The notes under the pieces are model-generated. The model saw nothing but the letters and a program-made list of their open reading frames with translations. It was not told where the DNA came from and searched no databases. 64,000 nucleotides of DNA from the human T2T-CHM13v2.0 reference genome, Homo sapiens: assembly GCF_009914755.1 (NCBI RefSeq), contig NC_060947.1; one strand, 5' to 3'. Both the position numbers and the translations under genes were made by a program. This document shows positions 54,851-64,000 of this stretch, piece after piece (within the stretch, counting starts at the first letter, position 1; every line of letters begins with the position of its first letter).

Positions 54851-57800
54851 ATGACAGGATCAAATCCACAGATATCAATACTAACCTTGAATGTAAATGG
54901 ACTAAATGCCCCAATTAAAAGATACAGAGTGGAAAGTTGGATAAAGAAGCAAGACCCAATGGTATGCTCTCTTTGAGAGATCAATCTCACATGCAGTGAC
55001 ACTCACATGCTCAAAATAAAGGGGTGGAGGAAAATCTATCAAGCAAATGGAAAACAGAAAAAATGGGGGTTGAGATCCTAATTTCAGGCAAAACAGACTT
55101 TAAACCAACAATGATCAAAAAAGACAAAGAAGGGCATTATTACATAATGGTAAAGGGTCCAATTCAACAAGAAGACCTGACTATCCCAAATATATATGCA
55201 CCCAACCCAGGTTCATAAAGCAAGTTCTTAGAGACCTTCAAAGAGATTTAGACTCCCACACAATAATGGTGGGAGACTTCACCCCATTGGCAATATTAGA
55301 CAGGTCATCAAGGCAGAAAATTAGCAAAAATATTCAGGACCTGAACTCATCACTGGACCAAATTGACCTGATAGACATCCATAGAACTCTCCACCCCAAA
55401 ACAACAGAATATACATTCTTCTCATGGCCACATGACACGTATTCTAAAATCAACCACACAATTTGACATAAAATAATACTCAGCAAATGCAAAAATAACT
55501 TAAATAATACCAACCACTCACTCAGACCACGGTGCAATAAAAATACAAATCAAGACTGAGAAAGTCACTCAAAACCATAAAATTACATGGAAATCAAACA
55601 ACTTTCTCCTGAATGACTTTTGGGTAAATAATGAAATTAAGGCAGAAATAAAAAGTTCTTTAAAACTAATGGGAACAAAAATACAACATACCAGGATCTC
55701 TGGGACATACCTAGGGAAGTGCTAAGAGAGAAATTTATCGCACTAAACACCCACATCAAAAAGTTAGAAAGATCTCAAATTAACAATCTAACATCACAAT
55801 TAAAAGAACTAGAAAAGCAAGTGCAAACCAATCCTAAAGCTAGCAGAAGATAAGAAATAATCAAAATCAGAGCTGAACTCTGTGAAAGAAACCTGAAAAA
55901 AACATTCAAAAAATCAACAATCCAGGAGCTGGATCTTTTAAAAAAAAAAAAGTTAATAAGATGCATAAACCACTGGTTAGATTAATAAAGAAGAAAAAAG
56001 AGAAAATCCAAATAAACACACTTAGAAACAACAAAGGGGATGTTACCACCGACACCACAGAAATACAAATAACCCTCAGAGACTACAAAGAACACCTCTA
56101 TGCGCACAAACCAGAAAATCTAGAAGTGGATAAATTCCTAGACACATACACCCTCCCAAGACTGAAACAGGAAGAGATTGAATTACTGAACAGACCAATA
56201 ACAAGCTCCAAAACTGAATCAGTAATAAATAGCCTACCAACCAAAAAAAGCACAGGACCACATGGATTCACAGCCAAATTGTACTAGATGTATAAAGAAG
56301 AACTGGTACTATTCCTACTGAAACAATTCCAAAAAATTGAGGAGGAGGGATTCATCCCCAGCTCATTCGATGAGGCCAGCATCATCTGATATCAAAACCT
56401 GAAAACTATACAACCAGAAAAGAAAACTTCAGGCCAATATCCTTGATGAACATAGACGCAAAAATTGTCAACAAAATACTAGCAAACTGAATCCAGCAGC
56501 ACATCAGAAATCCAGTCTACCATGATCAAGAAGGCTTTATTCCTGGGATGCAGGGTAGGTTCAACATATGCAAATCAATAAATGTAATTCATCACATAAA
56601 CAGAACTAAAGACAAAAACTACATGATTATCTCAATAGATGCAAAAATGCTTTCAATAAAATTCAATACTGCTTTATGTTAAAAACTCTCAGTAAACTAG
56701 GTATGGATGGAACATACCGCAGAGTAGTAAGAGCCATCCATGACAAACTCATGACAAACTCAAAGCCAACATAATCCTAAATGGGCAAAAGCTGTAAGTG
56801 TTCCTCTTGAAAATGGTATAAGAAAGGATGCCTTCTCACCACTCCTATTCAATATAGCAATGGAAGTCCTGGCCAGAGGAACCGAGCAAGAGAAAGAAAT
56901 AAAATGCATCCAAATATGAAGAGAGGAAGTAAAACTATTCCTGCTTGCGGACAACATGATTCTATATTTAGGAAACCACATAGTATGAGCCCGAAAGCTC
57001 CCTAAGCTGATAAACAACTTCAGCAAAGTTTCAGGACACAAAATCAACACACAAAAATCACTAGCATTACTATACACCAACAACAGCCAAGCCAAGAGCG
57101 AAATCAACAATGAAATCACATTCACAATCGCCACAAAAAGAATAAAATACCTAGGAATCCAGCTATCCAGGGACATGAAAGATATCTACAATGATAATTA
57201 CAAAACACTGCTTGAAGGAATCAGAAATGACACAAACAAATGAAAAAATGCTCCATGTTCATGGATGGGAACAATCAATATCATTAAAATGGCCATACTG
57301 CCCAAAGCAAGTTACCAATTCAATGTTATTTCTATCAAATTACCAATAACATTCTTCACAAAACTAGAAAAACTATTTTAATATTCACATAGAAATGAAA
57401 AAGAGTCAGAATAACCAAGGCGATCCTAAGCAAAAGAACAAGACAGAGGCATCACATTACCAGACTTCAAATAATACTACAGGGTTACAGTAATCAAAAC
57501 ACCATGGCACTGATACAAAACTAGACACATAGACCGATGGAACAGAGTAGAGAGCCTAGAAATAAGGCTGCACACCTACAACTATCTATCTGATCTTCAA
57601 CAATGCTAGCAAAAACAAGTAATGGGGAAAGGACACGCTTTTTAATAAATGGTGCTGGGATAACTGGCTAACCTTATGCAGGAGATTGAAACTGAACCCC
57701 TTCTTTAAACTATACTCAAAAATCAACTCGAGATGAATTAAAGACTTAAAACTCAAAATCCATAAAAACCCTAGAAGGAAATCTAGGCAATACCATTCAG

Positions 57801-58470
57801 GACATAGGCACAGGAAAAGATTTCATGATGAAGACACCAAAAGCGATTGCAACCAAAGCAAATATCGACAACTGGGATCTAATTAAACTCTAGGGTTTCC
57901 GTACAGCAAAAGATACTATCAACAGACTAAACAGACAACCTACAGATTGGGAGAAGCTATTTACAAACTATGCACCTGACAAAAGTCTAATATTTTTCAT
58001 CTATAAGGAACTTAAATTTACAAGAAAAAAACAAACACCATTAAAGAGAAGGTGAAGGACATGAACAATTTTCAAACGAAGACATACCATGCAACCAAAA
58101 GGCATATGAAAAAAGGCTCAGTATCACTGATTATTAGAGAAATGCAAATCAAAACTACAATGAGATACCATCTGACACCAGACAAAATGGGCATTACTAA
58201 AAAGTCAAACAAATAACAGGTGCTGGTAAGGTTGTAGAGAAAAGAGAACACTTACAGACGTGCTGGTGGGTGTGTAAATCAGTTCAACCATTGTGAAAAG
58301 CAGAGTGGTAATTCCTCAAAGAGCTAAAAACAGAACTACCATTCAACCCATCAATCCCATTACTGAGTACATACCCAAAGGAATATAAATTGTTCTATCA
58401 TAAAGACACATGCATGTATATGTTCACTGCAGCACTATTCACAATAGAAAAGACATGAAATCAGACTGCA
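54851..58470 (+). pseudogene. Disrupted L1 ORF2 (EN-RT-Cys)
   Basis: Fragments KTDFKPTMIKKDKEGHY...NIYAPN, VGDF...TEYTFFS and [12 protein letters not shown], with multiple stops. Confidence 0.88.
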
Positions 58471-60115
58471 TAAAGACAAATGTGGTACATATACACAATG
58501 GAATACTGTGCAGCCATAAAAAATAATGAGATAATGTTCTTTACAAAAACATGGATGGAGCTGCAGGCCATTATCCTTGGCAAACTAACACAGGACACAA
58601 AACCAAATACCATATGTTATCACTTATAAGTGAGCAGCTTAATGTTGAGAATGCATGGATACAAACAAGGGAGTAACAGACACTGGGACCTCTCTAAGTG
58701 TGGAGGTTGGGAGGAGGGATAGGATCAGAAAAAATAACTATTTGGGTACTAGGCTTAGTACTTGGGTAATGAAATAATCTGTAAAACAAAGGTCTGTAAC
58801 ATGAGTTTACCTATATAACAAACTTGAACATGTACCTCTGAACCTAAAATAAAAGTTTTTTAAAAAAATCTCATGTACCCCAATAAATATATACACCAAC
58901 TATGTATCCATACGTTCACTAATCCTTTATTCTGCAATGTCTAATCTGCTGTTAATAGAATAGCATCCATTGGATTGTTATTGTCAGACATTATGATTTT
59001 ATTTCTAGATGTTAGGCTTGGGTTTTTTCCATACATTTTGTATCTCAACTTAATATTTTTAATATTTCCCTTGGCTTCTTGAACATACAGAATATAGCTA
59101 TAATAATCATTTAATATTATTGCCTATTAATTCTATCATCTGTATCATTTCTGAATGTTTTTGTTGATAAATTTTATTATTTTTTTCCTGTTTCTCTGCA
59201 TGACTGATAATTTCAATTGGATGTAGACATTCTATCTTTTAAATTGATGTGTGTTGTATATTTTTGTATTCCTATAGTCTCAAGGTTTGTTTGTAAATTC
59301 ACCTAAATTACTTGGAAATAGTGTTATCCTTTAAGGTCTTACTTTCTAGCTTTCTTAGGGGATCAGAGAAGCATTTACTTTAGGGTTAATTTTTCCCTGT
59401 GACTGAGGTAAACCTCATCTATGTATTCAACTTAATGTCCAATGAGTTATGAGATTTTCCACTATGGCTCTTGAGAACAAGCACTATTCCAGGAAATGTA
59501 TGGACACCATGGATAGTTCCATCTATAACTTTTTAGGTGGTTCTTTTCATGACCTTGGGTACTTTCATCACATGTATGCACTTACTAGTACTTGGATGAA
59601 TACTCATGGGGGACTCTGTGCAGATCTCTAGAGTTCTTTCTCTATGTAGCTTATCTTCTCTGGTATTTTACCCTGTGATCTCCAGCTGCCACAGCCTACC
59701 TGGACTCCTAATTCCTTCTTCTCAAATTAGGGAAATAACCCTACCTACTATCTAGCTTGAAGAATTTCTCTAAATAGTAAGCTAAACCAATTGTAGGCTA
59801 TATTTGCTTCCTGTCCCTCTAGGATCACAGTTCTTCATTGTCTAATCTTTAATGTTTTGAGAATTGTCATTTCAGAGTTTGCCTTTGTATGTTATTTCAT
59901 CTGGGAGGGAAAAACTAGTCCCTGTGATTTCAATTTACTTAAAAGCAAAAGTCTTCAGTAGTTTATTTTAATGGAAGAGGCTTGAGCATGTTTTAAGGCA
60001 AAGAAGAAGGTTATCATTGAGAAGGGGTGGTCTAATATTTAAAAAGGAGACAATCAATGGTGCTCAGTTGTTGAGAAGTCCGATGTGGATGGAATCTAGA
60101 ATACAGATGGAAAAC

Positions 60116-61191
60116 TATTGGGCAAAATTCACCCCCGATATTTCATGTAGGTTCTTTTCTATTTTCCCTAAGTGTTGGCTGGTCTGAGAAATAAAGGGAC
60201 AAAGTACAAAAGAGAGAAATTTTAAAGCTGCTTGTCCAGGGGAGACATCACATGTCGGCAGATTCCGTGATGCCCCCCAAGCCACAAAACCAGCAAGTTT
60301 TTTATTAGTGATTTTCAAAAGGGGAGGGAGTCTATGAATAGGGTGTGGGTCACAGAGATCACATGCTTCACAAGGTAATAAGATATCACAAGGTAAATGG
60401 AGGCAGGGCGAGATCACAGGACCACAGGACCAGGGCAAAATTAAAATTGCTAATGAAGTTTTGGGCATGCATTGTCATTGATAACATCTTATCAGGAAAC
60501 AGGGTTTGAGAGCAGACAACTGGTCTGACCAAAATTTATTAGGCGGGAATTTCCTCATCCTAATAAGCCTGGGAGCGCTATGGGAGACTGGAGCTTATTT
60601 CATCCCTACAGCTGCGACTGTAAAAGACAGCTGCCCCCAAAGCGGCCATTTTAGAGGCCTACCCTCAGGAACACATTCTCTTTCTCAGCGATGTTCCTTG
60701 CTGAGAAAAAGAATTCAGCGATATTTCTCCCATTTGCTTTTGAAAGAAGAGAAATATGGCTCTGTTCTGCTTGGCTCACCAGCAGTCAGAGTTTAAGGTT
60801 ATCTCTCTTGTTCCCTGAACATTGCTGTTATCCTGTTCTTTTTTCAAGGTGCCCAGATTTCATATTGTTCAAACACATGCTCTACAAACAATTTGTGCAG
60901 CTAACACAATCATCACAGGGTCCTGAGGTGACATACATCCTCCTCAGTTTACAAAGATGATGGGATTAAGAGATTAAAGTAAAGACAGGCATAGGAAATC
61001 ACAAGGGTATTGACTGGGGAAGTGATAAGTATCCATGAAATCTTCACAATTTGCAGTAAAGACAGGTATAAGAAATTATAAAAGTATTAGTTTGGGGAAC
61101 TAATAAATGTCCATGAAATCTTCACAATCCACATTCTTCTGCCTTGGCTTCAGGTGGTCTCTCCATTCGGGGTCCCTGACTTCCCGCAACA
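60116..61191 (-). mobile_element. MER11 (HERV-K11/HML-8) solo LTR, 1076 bp, inserted in an L2
   Basis: The minus strand starts TGTTGCGGGAAGTCAGGGACCCCGAATGGAG. Perfect 6-bp TSD GAAAAC at 60110-60115 and 61192-61197. Confidence 0.93.
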
Positions 61192-61823
61192 GAAAACTGA
61201 CTTTATATGGGAGGAAGAGCAAATCCTGTGTTATAATACGAGGGATGGAGAAGAGGATGGGTGTATATGTGGGAGGATTTTCCATTTAATGGGCTCTATT
61301 TTTCTATTAAATAGAAGGAAAAGACATCTGCTGAGAATGAAGAAGGTGGTAGAGGTTAGAGACATTTTAAGAGGTTAGAGACACATGTAGTTTTAAGAAA
61401 AGTTGCTGTAGAAAGAGGAAAATTGTTTGACCAGAAAAACATACAAGGAAGGTCAAGCCTTACTAATGATCCATTTAAGGCTCATATTCATAAATACATA
61501 TTGGAACAAATCTAGCCTAATATCTCCTCTTGACCATGAATAGCTCAAATTCAACATATTCACAACTGAAAACATAATTTTAAAGTGACTCCCTGACATG
61601 GTTAATTGGATGAATGAAAAATTACATTTGTTGAAATGGTCAGCATAAGAGGAGGGAAAACTTAGAAGAGAGATGTGTTTAGTTTTGGACAATCCGAATT
61701 TAGGAGAAGTTAGTGACCACCAAGACCACCCAACTTCAGCTTCATGTAATAGATCACACTGATTCCAATGGCTACATTTAGTCATCAGTATTCAATACCA
61801 TAATTATCTTGACAAAAGCCAAT

Positions 61824-62243
61824 TGATATGGTTTGGATATTTGAGCCCTCCAAATCTCATGCTGAAATTTGAAAGCTGAAGGTGGGACCTAGTGGAAGGT
61901 ATTTGGGTCATGGGGGTGTATTCCTCATAAATGACTTGGTGCCATCTTCATAGTAGTGAGTTAGTTCTTGCTCTATGAGTTTCCACAGGAGCTGGTTGTT
62001 AAAGAGCCTCATACCTCCTCCCCTGTGTCTTGCCTCCTCTCTCTGCATGTGATCTCTGCACACACTGGCTTCCCTTCACCATCCAACATAAGTAGAACAA
62101 GCTTGAGGCCCTCACCAGATTCAAATGCTAGATTCATATTTCTTGTACAGCCAGCAGAACCATGAGCCAAATAAACCTCTTTTCTTTATAAATTACCCAC
62201 CCTCAGATATTCCTTTATAGCAGCATAGGAACAGAAAAAGACA
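61824..62243 (+). mobile_element. MSTB-type MaLR solo LTR
   Basis: TGATATGGTTTGGATATTTG...AAGACA. Perfect 5-bp TSD CCAAT at 61819-61823 and 62244-62248. Confidence 0.92.
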
Positions 62244-62956
62244 CCAATTCAGTGAGTGGTAGCAGATGAGATGAGGTGGTAACTGGTCAGGACAAGGGCA
62301 GGAAGAGGAAATACAGACCAAAGAGCATCCTTAAAAGAGATAAATGATTGGAGCATGTTTAAACATTATTGGAGAAGATACAGTGTAAAGAGGAAAATGG
62401 TGAATATACATAAGAAAGAAAGAAATTATCATTGCTGTATGATTTTGTAAAATTGGGCAGGGATGGGATACATAGCATAGATGAAAATGTTGGCTTTATT
62501 ATTTTTTACTGCCCACAATTATGCAGATAGAAGCTATCAATAAAGCAAACTACATGACATTACCATAGACCCCTGATTATAAGTGCCTCTGCAAAATGTG
62601 TCTGTTGTATCACTAAAAGAATCAGTGTAGGCATAAATGTTCCCCTGACATGACAGAAAATAATTTCCAAAGATAAAATAGAGGGCTATATTTTAGTACC
62701 TTTTTTAATTTGAGAAGATTTCATAAGTAATTGGCCCTGGTCAAAACTAAAGTTATCTTTGTAGACCTTGTAAACACTCACTACAATATAAATAAACAAC
62801 ACTCAGCAGGCAAACTTGGTCAGTTATTCCAGGGCACATTTGGCAGACAACTCATCTTAGCAGCCTCATATAGAATCAGACCTTCTGAGGAGTGTGAATG
62901 AGTGTTTCCTATGGCTGAAGGGAGTAACACCCACTCTGAAATTCTTCTAGGCCAAG

Positions 62957-64000
62957 TGTATTAGTGCATTCTCACACTGCTATAAAGCATACTATCTGAA
63001 GCTTGGTAATTACAAAGGAAGGAAGTTCAATTGACTCATAGTTCTGCAGGCTTAACAGGAAGCATGGCTAGGAGGTCTCGGGAATCTTACAATCAAGGCA
63101 GAAGGGGAGGCAGGCATGTCTTACATGGCAGCAGGTGAGAGAAGAGTGTCAACAGGGGAAATGCCAGGCACTTATAAAACCATCAGATCTCATGAGATCT
63201 CCCTCACTATCACAAGAACAGCATAAGGGAGACCACCCCCATGATCCAATATTTAATCATTTCCCATCAGGTTCCTCCCTTGCCACATGGGGATTACAAT
63301 TCAAGATGAGATTTGGGTGGGGACACAGAGCCAAACCATATAATTCCACCCCTGGCTCTTCCCAAATCTCATGTCCTCACATTTTAAAACCAATCATGCC
63401 TTCCCAACAGTCCCCCATAGTCTTAACTCATTCCAGCATTAACTCAAAAGTCAAAGTCCCAAGTTTCATTTGAGAGACAAGGCAAATCCCTTCAGCCTAT
63501 GAACATGTAAAATTAAAAGCAAGTTAGTTACTTGAAGATACAGTAGGGTACAGACATTGGGTAAATGATCCCATTCCAAATAGGAGAAATTGGCCAAAGC
63601 AAAGGGTCACAGGCCCCATTCCAATCCAAAACCCAGTGGGGCAGTCATTACATCTTAAAACTCTGAAATGATCTCCTTTGACTCCATGTCTCACATCCAG
63701 GGCATGATAATGCAAATGGTGGGTTCCCACAACCTTGGGCAGTTCCTTCACTAACTGGTGTTCAGTGCCTGTGGCTTTTCCAGGCACATGGTGCAAGCTG
63801 TCAGTGAATCTATCATTCTGGGGTCTGGAGGACAGTGGCTGTCTTCTCACAGTTCCATTAGGCAGTGCCCCACTGGGGACTCTGTGTGGGGACTCCAACC
63901 CCACATTTCCCTTCCACATTGCTCTAGCAGAGGTTCTTCATGAAGGCTCCACTCCTGAAGCAAACTTCTGCCTGGACATCCAGGCATTTCCATACATCCT
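62957..64000 (-). mobile_element. THE1D-like MaLR: 3'LTR 62957-63343 plus internal region running off the window
   Basis: LTR with aggcttaacaggaagcatggctaggagg. The internal part is homologous to 50336-51000. Confidence 0.9.

Larger units (their letters stand above)
52766..58862 (+). mobile_element. Near full-length (about 6.1 kb) L1PA13-like LINE-1, inactive
   Basis: 5'UTR starting gaggggcaagatgg, ORF1 and ORF2 with many stops and frameshifts, and a 3'UTR gggtactaggcttagtacttgggtaatgaaataatctgt. TSD AAAACATCTCATGT (52752-52765) / AAAAAATCTCATGT (58863-58876). Confidence 0.92.
52484..58912 (-). mobile_element. Twin-primed L1MA1-3-like 3'UTR insertion: 52484-52516 minus, 52517-52765 and 58863-58912 inverted
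   Basis: L1MA 3'UTR gatagcataacagggtgactatagtcaac on +, with the terminal tail on -. TSD TTCACTAACCATTT (52472-52485) / TTCACTAATCCTTT (58915-58928). Confidence 0.75.

Noticed and set aside
52766-58862. Potentially active full-length L1
   Set aside because: Both ORFs are broken by many stops and indels, and the subfamily is old.

Overview
This is primate (catarrhine, probably human or ape) non-coding genomic DNA. I find no host protein-coding exon, intact RNA gene, CRISPR array or prokaryotic feature. The recognisable ORFs are decayed LINE-1 ORF1/ORF2 pieces; the rest are chance frames in LTRs, Alus, microsatellites and unique DNA. There are three zones. (1) 1-8.7 kb: a nested transposon stack (old L1ME > LTR8 > L1PA15/16 > L1PA8-12 plus LTR12D/E). 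(2) About 10-38 kb: largely unique DNA with mostly ancient MIR/L2/MLT/MER fragments, several transcription-factor motif clusters, a tRNA-derived relic and a 34-bp minisatellite. (3) 38-64 kb: a second stack (MER52, L1PA15/16, four Alus, a long L1M, MLT2D, full-length THE1C, twin-primed L1MA, full-length L1PA13, MER11, MSTB, THE1D). Target-site duplications (TSDs) and junctions were read directly from the sequence. Subfamily names come from recalled consensus sequences and need RepeatMasker/Dfam confirmation. I see no new biological system. The best leads are an L1 3' transduction of unique DNA, several short template-switch inversions, a young polarised VNTR born inside an L2, deletion junctions and candidate enhancers.
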